Below, piece by piece: positions 1 to 11,240 of a DNA stretch of 64,000 nt; position 1 is the first letter of the stretch, and every line of letters begins with the position of its first letter. The stretch is from Salpingoeca rosetta (taxonomy: Eukaryota > Protista > Choanoflagellata), in contig JAWQFM010000001.1 of NCBI GenBank assembly GCA_033442325.1, positions 1,548,138 through 1,612,137 of the forward strand, written 5' to 3'. A model generated the notes under the pieces. The model made no database searches and was not told where the DNA came from. It saw nothing but the letters and a program-made list of their open reading frames with translations. The translations under genes and the position numbers were made by a program.

Positions 1-27
1 ACACACACACACACACACACACACACG

Positions 28-82
<55 letters not shown>

Positions 83-209
83 CGCATGCACGCGCACACA
101 TACCCACACATACACACATATATACACAGACACACACACATACGCACGCGCACACATACACACACACCCGTGCTCATACGGCTGCTTCTCGTGGTGTTCC
201 TGGCGGCAG

Positions 210-1813
210 CATTCAGCATGGTTAAGGACAAGGAGACCAAGAAGAAGACGCCACAGCTGGAGGTCAAGGGCATCGGGTGGGTCATTCTATTCCTTCCTTG
301 CTGTTCACCAACCATTTCAACGCAACAACGCCCAACACAGCGACATCACGCCACACATCACCACAGCAGTACCCCAGCGCACTTCCCTTCTCACAAACCA
401 CAACACCGCAACGAAACAGCAGCCCTTCTCACACCCTGCTTGCCTCCGTGCCTCTCCTCCTCACGTTGGCAGGTTCGACCGAACACTCGGCGGGTTCGAG
501 CTTGACCTGCGCCTGCGCGACCATCTGCTTGCGGAGTTTAAGAAGGCCAAGGCGGCGCAGCTGAAGGGCGACCCAGCGAAGAGCCCGCGCGCAATGGCCA
601 AGCTCCTTAAGGAGGCACAGAAGGTCAAGACGGTCCTCAGCGCAAACACAGAGACGTTTGCACAGGTCGGCCCCCATCCTTGGCGCGTATGCGCTCTGCG
701 AACACCCGTGGGGGAACATCGATACATGTTGTATCTGTTGCATGTGCCTGTGCAGTGTCGTGACGTCAGTCCAAGTTGGGAGACGGGTGTTGCGCCATTG
801 TCGATTGCATGATGATGCACAAGCAGAACAACGCTCGCGTGCCTGCTCACACCCGCCGCCGCCGCCGCCGTGTACACACAAACATGCCAGGTTGAGGGCG
901 TATTTGAGGATCTTGACTTCCGCGTGCAGGTGACGCGGGCGACGCTTGAAACACTCGGTGCCGACCTGCTGCAGCGCGCGGACAAGCCCGCCCTCGCTGC
1001 GCTCCAGTCTGCAAACATCACCATGGCGGATATCCGCTCCCTCATCATCATCGGCGGCGCTGTTCGGTGCGCTTGCGTTTTGAAATTGCTTGGTTTGGGT
1101 TGGGCTGTGCTGGGGTTGGTGTTATTGCTTGGGCTTCGTAGTGTAGCCTCCGGTTGGCTGGTATTGGGTTTGTTCTGGCTGTGTGTCTTGTGCCTCTTGT
1201 GGAGTTGTTACAAGTGTGGGCAAATCAGTGCTACTTTTCCAAGCCTCTCCCTTGTCACATATGCCTGGCAGCGTGCCTGTTCATGTTCTCACCACCTCCC
1301 CCTTACCCGTACGATGTGCCTCGCAGCATTCCCAAGGTGCAGGATGTGCTGCTTGGGCTGACCGGCGGTGTTGAGCTCGGCAAGAACCTCAACGGTGACG
1401 AGGCGTGCGCCCTTGGTGCCGCATACGAGGTGTGTGCCATAAACGTGCTTGCACGGCCCTCCAATGCTGCTAATCTTTTTTCTCTTGGACGTTTGCATGT
1501 CTCATCTTCTTCCCACAACGCGCCGGCGCCAGCCCGCCACACATGCATGCAACACGTACATGCACGCATGCTTATATCCACATCGAGATACACACACAGA
1601 CACACACGCTCACACATTCACCTGACTGCCACACTCTTTAACTCTTACTGCAGGCTGCCGCCCTCAGCAAAGCGTTCCGCGTCAAGAAGTTCATTGCAAA
1701 GGATGCCAACGTGTACCCCATCGAGGCAAGGGCATAATATTGTTCTTGCCGCTTGACACAGACAGACAGAGAGACAGGCACACAGACAGGCACACAGACA
1801 GGCACACAGGCAC

Positions 1814-1904
<91 letters not shown>

Positions 1905-2064
1905 CAGAGACACTCCTCCTGATATTGCTCTTTGGATGGTCATGCACATACCCGTGTTTCAGGTCTCGTACAACCGAACGTACGAGGACGAGGAGGGCGA
2001 ATCCAAGATGAAGACTGTTGTGCGTAGCATTTTCCCCGTCAACAACCCAATCCCCCAGAAGAAG
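210..2064 (+). CDS. HYOU1: Hsp70-family ER chaperone GRP170/HYOU1, internal fragment (5' part outside window; 3' part not found). Exons ~210-276, 473-665, 891-1066, 1327-1429, 1654-1725, 1963-2064
   Basis: Spliced translation ...[29 protein letters not shown]...[22 protein letters not shown]...[13 protein letters not shown]...[31 protein letters not shown]...YPIEVSYNR...NNPIPQKK matches the GRP170 ATPase-domain C-half. GT-AG junctions keep frame, with one GC-AG intron. Confidence 0.85.
1758..1905. repeat. (CAGA)n tetranucleotide microsatellite in HYOU1 intron
   Basis: Direct inspection. Confidence 0.9.
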
Positions 2065-2134
2065 GTCCGTTTCACTCAAGCCACTTTGCTTATAGCTCAG
2101 GGGCGCACATGGCACGCGTTTGCCTGTTGTCCCG

Positions 2135-2238
<104 letters not shown>

Positions 2239-3089
2239 TGTTGACGTTGTATCCACCGCGTGTAAGCGCAGAGGACGCATTGTCAACCGCGCAAAAAAAC
2301 CACGTGTGTGGTGGCGAATTTTCTTCTTGCTCGTTTTCGCCTGCGTGCACGCTGCGTTGCTCGTTTCTTTTGCGTGCATGTGGTTGGTTGGTGGTTGCTT
2401 GTGCCTTTTTTTCTCTCACTCGACCTTCTCACCTCGTGGACACCCACCATCTCGCTGACACACTTCGGAACCCCCCTTACACGACCTTCACTCAAGGACT
2501 CGAAACCAACCCACCTATCCTTCTCCCCTTCCACTCCTCAGGAGTCCACCCTCTTGTAAGTTCGCGCAGCTCAGGTGCTGTCTCATGGGGATGAGGGTGC
2601 GCACATTTTCTCTTGCTTGATCTTGAGAGTGCTGTGATCGTTCGTTCGGAGTCATCCACCGCCCACCCACGCATACACCCACGCCATCACCATCCATTAT
2701 CAACACCAGCTTCTTCAAGCACACACCCACACGCGCATACACGCACACGCATACACACTTGCGTCGTTGTCTTCCACTTGTTCGCGATTTCTGTTCCTGC
2801 CACACCCCGATCTCACTTGCATCAGCCACCACACAATCCTTCAGCTCACGTGTTGCGTGTAGCCACCCATTTTGACATCAACCCCACCAACCCTTACCGA
2901 GTCTCACTTTGCGCCTTGGCGTTCCGCCTCCCTTCTTGTCTCTCTCTCTCTCTCTCTGTCTACCTTCCTGCCCAATACCTGTCTATCTGTCTATCTATCT
3001 GTCTATCTGGATCTCCTGGCCTCTGCGTATTCGTCTCTTCTGATTTGCTTCCATTGTGTTAGAGAGGACCTGCGAACGAGACAGCAGCA

Positions 3090-6000
3090 ATGTCGCGCCA
3101 CAACAAGTCCCAGTACCCACCAGGGTACTCCCACTACAGTCAGTCGCCGTACTCCAACCTTCCCCCTTCTGCCCCTCAGCACCCCGGTGTGCCGTTTCCG
3201 CAGCCGAGCATGTCCGTGCCGTACTTTACGCCCAACGCCTATGGGGCTCGCGGCGCCCCGCCCATGCACGCCCAAATGCAGGCCGGCACGACGCCCATGG
3301 GCGTGCCCAGCTCCTACGCCAGCCCGTATGGCTCGCACATGATTGCCCAGCAGCACCAGCAGCAGCAGCTGCAGCCACACACCATGCCTGGCCAGCCTCC
3401 TCACCAGCACGGCCAGCGCCAGCCCATGCCCTTGCGCACGGGTCCCACCATGCCAGCTTCCACCACCGCCGCAACCAACCCCACCACCACGACGCCATCT
3501 GCTCCGCCGAGCAGCAAGCCGGCCGGAAGCACGCTGCTCTTCAAGCTCGGAGATAAGCCGTCCACCCCGACCACCCCTGAGGTGCAAGGCGACGCCACAA
3601 AGCCAGTCCAGCAGCCGCAGAAGGAACTGGAGGAGGCAGCCACGCCCCCGGCCGCCACCATTACCAAGCCCACAGGACCCAAGCGCCTCTTCGAGGTTAC
3701 CAAGCCCAAGGAAGAGGAGGCGGACAAGAACGCAAAGCCCGCCCAGGAGCACGCCAAGGCACCCGAGCCGCAAGCCCCGGCACCGGCTGCCGTCGCCACC
3801 ACCTCCGCCGCTGCTGCCGAGCAGCCCAGCAAGAAGGAAGAGGAGCAAGCCCCAGCACCAAAGGCAGAGGCACCAGCCAGCAGCGCTGCGCCCCAGGCTG
3901 CCGAGGCCACGCAAGCACAACAGCCCGTTAGCGAGCAAGCGCATCCCGCTGACCAGGAACAGCAGGAGCAACAACAAGAGGAAGCAGAGGAGGAAGAGGA
4001 GGAAGAGGAAGAGGAAGAAGACCAAACCCCACCATCTCCCTTGCCCTTTGAGGGCCCCTACACCATGGCTTTTATGATGAGCCTGCGCGAGAAGCCCCAG
4101 TGCCGGGAGTCGCCAACCAACCCCAACAAGTCGCTCAGTGGTCTTCTTCAAGGCACTAAGAACCCGCTCAACCAGTTCGGCCGCGCCCGCACAGATGATC
4201 GCCCGAGCCGCCGCCAGCCTCGCCCAGGCCCCAATAACCAATCCTCCTCGCTGCTTGTTGGTGGCACCCGCCGTCGCGGCGGTGGTCGCCGGCCCATGCC
4301 GCCACCCCAGGCCCGCGGCCCACACCTCATCTCCGTCCACATCCCCGACACGGATGTCACACTCAAGCGCTCCGAGAACGCATTCAAGCGAGGCGAGCAG
4401 AGCATCATTGGCAACCTTCGTGGGCACCTGGGCAAGATCACCCTGGACAACTTTGACGATATTGTCCTTGACATTATCCAGGAGGCAGAGCAGCTCCCTC
4501 CTGACAGCGAGGAGTTTGACAAGTTCATCGAGCTCATCCAGGACACGGTACGACCCCAAATCCTTGCCGTGTGATGGTTGTGTTTGAACGGAACCGCGCG
4601 TGCATGTGTGCGAATCGAGATGTGTCGGTCTTGTCTTGGCGCTATGCGTCGCTCTTGTTCCAAGTGTGACGCTCTGTTCTTGACGCAAAAGAGCAAAGTG
4701 GTGATCCTGTATCTCGCTTAATTGCATGTCCCTATGTTGTCCTCACCTGAACGTACGTGCATGCGGTTTGTTGCCCATCACAGGCCAAGGATAGCGAGTT
4801 CTTCTCCATGATCTACGCAAAGCTGTGCAAGTCCCTGAGCAGAGCGCGAACGGAGAGTATGGGGGCCAAGTTCCCCACCTTCCAGAACAAGCTCCTGGCC
4901 ATTTGCAAGAAGGATGTGCAGGAAGACTTCAAGACGCTTGACACGGAGATCAAGAAGCTCGAGAAGATTGTCAAGGAGCTGCAGCAAGGTCGGTTGTTCT
5001 GTGTGCGTGTTTGCGTGCGTATGTTTGTACGTGCATGTTTGTTTGCGTATGTTTGTACGTGCATGTTGCGTTTGTTTTCTTTGAGTACGCGTGCATTGTT
5101 CCGCTTTGGTGCTTGTGTCTCGTTGCAAGTGAAGTGGTCTCACATCACTCTGCTCCTACTTCTCCTCGCTGTCCTTCCCCCTTTGTTTGTTACAACTTTG
5201 TCTGCGTAGGCAACCCCAACGATCCCGAGCTTCAGAAGCAGGGCGACGAGCTGTACACGCTCAACCGCAAGCGCCAGAAGCTCATTGGCAACGCTGTCTT
5301 TGTCGCTGAGCTCTTCAACGAAACTGTGGTACGTTACAGTGCAGGGTTGAATGCGACTACCCAACAGCAACCAAGCACGACAAACACCAAAACAGCGACA
5401 ACAACATCAACATCACCTCCTCCTCCTCCTCCTCCTCCTTCTTCTTCTTGTTCTTGTTCCCTGTTCTTTCGCCATTCTACGATTTGTGTACGTTCCGTCG
5501 TGGGTTTGTTTCCTTTCGTTCTTTTTTTTTTCGGCCGAAGTGGTATCTGCAGCCTTGAGTTATCCCCATCTCGATGGTTGTTCGAGTCAGGCCAAGACCG
5601 ACACTATATGTTTACAATAGTTGTGCACAAGCTATCGCTCCTTTCGCAAGCATGCGTTATGGTGTCAATACCACTATGCATTGCATGAAAGTGGACGAGT
5701 GCATGCATTCATGCCTTGAGCACACATTCAACCCAATCCGTTTCTTTGTCGTTTCTGTGTTTCCCTTCGTGCTGTTCTTGTGCTTCTTTCTGCGCTCGGC
5801 TTTCAACCGCGTGCTGTGCGCTTTCTTCCTTCATCTCCCTGTACTTTCTTTCGTTCTGATGTTTTGCTTGCCAAGTAACTGTGATGGCGCTGCTCTCACC
5901 GTTTCGATCCGCACCACCCATGCACTGCAGGTAAGCCTTGACCTGCTCAAGCAGGTTGTGGAGACGTACTGGAAGCAGAACGAGGCCGAGGACGCGGTCA

Positions 6001-8738
6001 TGTGCATGTGCAAGATTGTGGAGAAGGCAGGCGCCAAGCTTGAGAAGGAGCAGAAGCCGCTTCTCGAGGAGTACCTCGGCCGACTCTCCGGCTGCAAGCA
6101 CATCCCCAACAAGCTCCAGTTCTTCATCATGGACATCAAGGACCTTCGCAAGAAGGGGTGCGTTGCATGTGTGAGTGTGAGAGAGAGAGGCAGAGAGAGA
6201 GTGTGTGTGTTTGCGTGTGTGAAGGGGGATTGGGCGTGCAATGAAGTCGACGCACTCTTAACAGCCTCACGTTTTTCCATACATTTTCACTCATTCACCA
6301 CTGCTCCGGTCATGATGATGACTGCTTGCATCACACACCCCACAGATGGGTCAAGCCTGAAGATGGTCCGCGCAAGCGCAAGGATGTTATTGCCGAGGCG
6401 CAGGCTGAGATGAAGTCACATGGCCGCCCACTGCAGGGCAGGCGCACCAGCTCCTCCTCACAGGTATGCCACACACAACACACACACACACGCACACACA
6501 CAGAGCACGTCTGTATACAAGATTTTGATGGTGGTGGCATGATGATTGTTACATGATTCTTGAACATCAATAGGAAGTGTCGTCTGATCGGGCGATGAAA
6601 GCCAGCGCTGGAGCCCATGACGATGAATCATGTCTCTGACCACCACCCACCAGTTTCGTCTGTTGCTGTATCTTTACTATTTGTTGCTGTATCGTAACGA
6701 TCGCAGAAGTGCTCCATTGTGCCACCAACAACGTCTTGACTCACCCCTGTTCTCTCTGCTCGTTCTCTCTGCTCGTCTCGTCTCCAATGTTTTTCTCTTC
6801 CTCGTACAGCCGGGTGCAAAGGCAAAGATGACGCAGGAGCGCCGCGACGTGAACAAGATTGGTCTTCAGGGCAAGCTTGCGCCCATGCGCCGCGCCAACC
6901 AGGCGTCCCGCTTCTCCCGCGGTTCCCGCCCGACGCCGCCCGGAAGCCAGTCAGCCACCCCGGCCCCAAGCAAGCCCGCCAACCGCTACAAGCTCCTTGG
7001 CGAGGCTGAGCCCACTCCCGAGCCTGAGACCCCTGCCGCCGAGCCCGCCCAGGACCTCGACAAGCTCAAGCGCTCCTGCAGGAACACCATTGAGGTGCTT
7101 CGCTCTGCGTGCTGTGTCGAGTGTTGTGTTTGTGTACTGGGTTGGTCGTGTTCACATGTCCGTCCACAACCCCATTTCGACCACTGATCATTTCCTCTTG
7201 CTCGCTTGCCCCCACCCAATGATTGACATGAATCATTTCACGTGCGCAGGAGTATGTGCTGAACAAGGACGACAAAGAGCTGTACGCGTGCGTGCGTGAG
7301 CTTGGCGAGGACCAGTACCACGTGTTTGTGTCTGAGCTTGTGGCCGACCTGTTTGGTCTGATCAAGGCCCCGAAGCGCGAGGCCCTCCTCCAGCTGCTGC
7401 AGAAGCTCATGTCCGAGAAGATTCTCACCCACAAGCACGCCCTGCAAGCGTAAGCCGCTGTGTGTGTGTGTGTGTGTGTGATCGATACATGTTGTTGCGC
7501 ATTGCGTTGTGTTCTTGTTTTTGTATTTTTGTGTGTGGCCTTTGTCGAAGCTTCGAGCTTTTTAGCGGCAGTGATTGGCCAGATGTCTATGATGTGAATT
7601 AACCATGCTAATCCTGAATGCCCCTTCATTTACTTGGAGGTGCATACCGTGACGAGCAAATAATCTCGTTAAACTGAGACATCTTGTCGCTGTGCTGTGT
7701 GTTTGTGTGCCATCGATTCTGCTCCTCCTCATTTCCCCACCCGAGTGCTGACCTGCGCGTGATTCTCACACCATGTTTTTGTTTTCGCTGTTTATTTGCT
7801 TGCTTGCCTGCGTCACGCCATCATCTTCGTATCTGTTCGTATCTATCTTTCGTGGTTGGTGTACACAGCACGCACGACCGCCTGGAGACGCTCGATGACG
7901 ACAGCATGGACTCGCCAAAGGCCCCTGCATTCCTGGCGCAGTTTGTTGTCAACGTGAGTTGTTGTTGTGAATGTTGAGCTCCACTGCATTTATCAGTTTT
8001 GTCTGTGCCTCGTCGCTGAGTGTGCTTCTGTTCTAGTTTTACGCTACGTGGCGGATATTGGGCACTCACTCACACTCTTTGCTCCTTGGTCCTGTGGTGG
8101 CATCATTGGAAAGGGTCTTGACGACAACGAGATTGAGACGCTGCTGAAGGATGAGTCCACGCTCAAGCCGCTGATGAACCCCTTCAGCTTTGTTGTTGAG
8201 GTTGTTGCCGCCATGAACGAAGCCAAGGGCGAGGAAGCCGCCAAGAAGCTCACCGCTGCCCTGGGCGGTGACCTGTCCTCCTTCCAGAAGAGGAAGAACG
8301 AGGCGCTGTTTAAGCGCACGCTGGAGCGCAAGGTACGTCTTTCTTTGCACTCCGTTGTTCCTTGTACTGTTGGTTGCTCTTGTGTATGTATGTCGCTGTT
8401 TGACTGTGTCCGGGTGATGAACTCGTGTTTTGAATCAAGATGTATCAGAGTGACCTTTGCGTCACGTGCTGAAGAGAATCACATGCACCACCTTCTGACG
8501 GGCTGTTGTTGTCATTGTGCTGCCGATGTTGTTGTTGTTGTTGTTGTCCATGGTTTTGGCTTGTGACGTCTGTGAGACGTGCGTACGAACGAGCATGTGT
8601 TCTAATCTAACGTTGGCTCTTCCCACTTGTATCTCACGACATGGCTTGTCTTGTTGCACACGTTGCACTGCCTCCTGTTGTCTCCTGTGACTGTTGTGAT
8701 TGCAGGGCTTGTCCTTCCTGCTGCCCACGGAAGCTTAA
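3090..8738 (+). CDS. EIF4G: Translation initiation factor eIF4G (MIF4G + MA3). Exons 3090-4547, 4784-4988, 5210-5328, 5931-6157, 6346-6463, 6810-7094, 7250-7449, 7869-7953, 8114-8332, 8706-8738
   Basis: P/Q-rich N-terminus and YTMAFMM 4E-binding-like motif. MIF4G: LKRSENAF..LRGHLGKITLDNFD..FSMIYAKLC..FQNKLLAIC..GNAVFVAELF..LQFFIMDIKDLRKKGWV. MA3: IEEYVLNKD..ACVREL..MDSPKAPAFLAQF. All junctions are GT-AG and in frame; ends KGLSFLLPTEA*. Confidence 0.9.
5539..5729 (+). ncRNA. Candidate structured intronic RNA (H/ACA-like) in eIF4G intron 3
   Basis: Non-repetitive block with many stems: AGTGGTAT/ATACCACT, GCCT/AGGC, CCATC/GATGG, GACACTA/TGGTGTC, ATAGTT/AGCTAT, GCATGAA/TTCATGC. ANANNA at 5668-73 and ACA+3 nt at 5724-29. 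Confidence 0.4.
6530..6647 (+). ncRNA. Intronic box C/D snoRNA, U49/SNORD49-like (eIF4G intron 5)
   Basis: Perfect 8-bp terminal stem GGTGGTGG/CCACCACC, box C ATGATGA (6539-45), box D CTGA (6636-39), D' CTGA (6584-87). D' is preceded by AATAGGAAGTGTCGT, near-identical to the U49 guide AATAGGAAGTGCCGT (antisense to LSU UCGGCUCUUCCUAU). Internal 9-bp stem ACATGATTC/GAATCATGT. Confidence 0.85.
7581..7684 (+). ncRNA. Intronic box C/D snoRNA with two guides: U6 Am53 (mgU6-53/SNORD8-like) and LSU rRNA (U30-like) (eIF4G intron 7)
   Basis: Terminal stem AGATGTC/GACATCT, box C ATGATGT (7589-95), D' CTGA (7614-17), C' GTGACGA (7649-55), D CTGA (7674-77). D' guide CCATGCTAATC is the reverse complement of U6 GAUUAGCAUGG. 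D guide AATCTCGTTAA is the reverse complement of LSU UUAACGAGAUU. Confidence 0.85.
8408..8503 (+). ncRNA. Intronic box C/D snoRNA, U33/snR55-like (SSU rRNA Um1326 human / Um1269 yeast equivalent) (eIF4G intron 9)
   Basis: Stem GTCCG/CGGGC, box C GTGATGA (8414-20), D' CAGA, hairpin GTGAC/GTCAC, C' TGAAGA, D CTGA (8495-98). Guide CATGCACCACC (8482-92) is antisense to SSU GGUGGUGCAUG with the same D+5 register as U33. Confidence 0.85.
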
Positions 8739-9132
8739 TGCATTTGCAACCTCGTTCCTCTTTGGCTAAGCTAATTCGTCTCTGTTGTGGTGAGTTTGGT
8801 CAACTGCGACATGTGCTCGCCTGGTCTCGTCTTCCTCGTTTGTGTGGCGCTTTGTTTGTCTCTCTCTCTCTCTCTCTTGCTCTCTCTCTTGCTCTCTTGC
8901 TCTTCTTTCTGCTTTTCAACCGCCTTCTCTTGAACGCAGCTGCTAGAGCCTTTCAGCCCTATTTGCGAAGACTTGTGGGCTGTTGAGGTTTGGGAATTTA
9001 CATTTCGCTGCAAGATCACCTTGGGTGCTCTTAGAGTCGACTACGGCTGCTTCCCATCAGCTACTAGTCGCTACCGCACTCGTACACTTGTCTTTTTTGT
9101 TGTTGTTGTATGCAAGTGTGCGTCTCTCTCTC

Positions 9133-9170
<38 letters not shown>

Positions 9171-10239
9171 CGGTCTTCTTGTGTGTTGTGTGCTGGCGCT
9201 GAAGCAGAGTAGTGCTCTGCTGGTCTGTTCTTCTGTTGTCAGTGTCACAACTTCTTTTTGTTCTCTCTCTTCGTTCCTTCGTTCCTTCTTTCCCTTCGCT
9301 GATCTTGTACTTTGTTTTCTCGTCTTCTCCCTAGCACAGTGCACCCCATCACACCCTGACCTCACTTTCTCACACCGTCACTGCCTTCCACCCCCTCCCC
9401 AAAACGTATCCTTCTGGTTAACGACAGGCTCGCTCGTCGCCGTTCTCGCCTCTATTCTGGGCTGTTTGTGGTTGTATCTTGCTGTCGTTCATGTGATGAC
9501 AGTATCTGTACTGAAGCACCAGACCGTACTCTCTTCTCTCTCTCTTCCCTCTCTCCCTTGTCTCCCTCCTTTCTTGTTTCCGCTCAATGTATAGATGTAT
9601 CATCTCTATGCTTATTCCCTCTCATCCCAAATCCCCTCAAGCAGCCTCTTCCCGGGCTCTTGACTGAGAAGTGTGTTGACTGCTGCTCGTTCCCGTTTGT
9701 TCGCGTCCGCCCTTCCTCCCTCCCTCTCACCCCAAGAGAACCCGCAGCGCAGTCTGCGGGTTGCTCATTTTTCATCTCGTCCTTCTTCTCCCTCTCTCTC
9801 TACTTTGCTACTGTATAATCGCCCTTGCCTGACGCTAATTGAGCATGCGTCCCACCCGCGGTTGTCCCACGCCCATTTGGGTTTGTTTGCTTTCTGTGTG
9901 CTGGGGGCGCCGATGTGTGTGTGCTTGTGTTTGACGGAGGAAGTACACTGTTGGGTTTTGACCAAAGCAAGACGGCGCGGGATTGTGTGTGCGTGCGCGC
10001 GCGCGTGTGTGTGCCAGTGCTTGTAGTGTTTGCAATCAGGAGAACTCAAAGCTGCAAGCAGACTGGTAGAGTGGAGTGAACAAGGGATAAAAGGACTGTT
10101 TCTTGTTTCTCCTGCTAGCAAGTTGTCGTCTCTTTTATGTTGGTTGGGTCTCAAGGCAAGCCTGCAAGCAAACAAGAAGCCTGGCAAGCAAGCAAGAAGC
10201 CCAGCAAAAAAGAAAAACAAAAGAAAAACAAACGTTGGT

Positions 10240-10313
10240 TGCTCCATACCAGGCTCGAACTGATGACCTTGAGTTTATTAGACTCACGCGCTAACCAACT
10301 GCGCCAATGGAGC
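10240..10313 (-). tRNA. tRNA-Ile (anticodon AAT)
   Basis: Minus strand reads GCTCCATTGGCGCAGTTGGTTAGCGCGTGAGTCTAATAAACTCAAGGTCATCAGTTCGAGCCTGGTATGGAGCA: full cloverleaf, A and B boxes, anticodon loop CT-AAT-AA, and downstream T-runs (Pol III terminator). Confidence 0.95.
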
Positions 10314-10507
10314 TTCAATTTGTTGTGGAGAACGGAGAAAATTGCTCATACAATCCAAAGGCACACTTGGTTGTTGATGACACACCACAACAGGCACACA
10401 AGCAAGCAACCACAACAGGCACACAAAAAGAGAAGTGCAGACAACACCAAACCTGCCCTGCACTAGTGCCTTGCCCGAGTGTCCAGGTCTTTTGCCTCGG
10501 GCACACA

Positions 10508-10558
<51 letters not shown>

Positions 10559-10851
10559 AGGTCTCCACAGCCTCACTTGGCGCCCCTTCCCTCCATTGCC
10601 TGGCCATCCCCATCCTGTGGCGAGTGTGGTGCGTCATCAACTTGCCATCCCACCACAGGAGCACCCTCTCTTGCGCTGAGGACCACCCACACTGACTCAC
10701 GCAAGACATACTGACTCACGCAACGCGAGTCACGCACGCACATACAGTTGCGGAATAAAGCTGGTCATTTAGGAATAAAGATAGGGAACGCCAATGCACT
10801 ACGCACTTTGTCAACACAACACCAAACCCAGATGCACTCCACTGGTGTTAT

Positions 10852-11185
10852 TCAGCGTGTGCCCTGCACACCGCCAAACTCACGCAGGGCAATCGCATCA
10901 AATGTGTACATGTGCAAGTCGATGTTGGCGGCAAACGTGGGCAGCTTGTCAGGCACAGCACTCAACTCCTCATACTCTTGTTTAAGCGTGTCCAATTCCT
11001 AGTTGCGCCAGGCGTCATCAACGTGCACATGTATTCACATGAGGTGCAAGCTGTGTCAGTAAGCGCGTACTGCATGTTTGTGTGGACGCGTGTGCGTTTG
11101 TGTGCGTTTGTGTGCGTTTGTGTGCGTTTGTGTGTGTGTGTGTGTGCGTTTGTGTGTGTGTGTGCGTTTGTGTGTGTGTGCGTTT

Positions 11186-11240
<55 letters not shown>

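Noticed and set aside
4661-4681. Similarity to U2 snRNA (CAAGTGT..TCTGTTCTT)
   Set aside because: The branch-pairing GUAGUA, stem I and Sm site are absent; probably chance.
3003-4727. 574-aa minus-strand ORF
   Set aside because: Antisense shadow of the GC-rich eIF4G exon 1; no domain-like content.
6574-6639. Possible alternative terminal exon of eIF4G (EVSSDRAMK...CL*)
   Set aside because: No polypyrimidine tract, and it lies wholly inside the U49-like snoRNA, which explains the sequence better.
10691-10733. Duplicated ACTGACTCACGCAA with AP-1-like TGACTCA, and a short upstream ORF at ~10560
   Set aside because: Only a 14-bp local duplication at a gene 3' end; the motif resembles common branch-point words, and there is no supportable gene.
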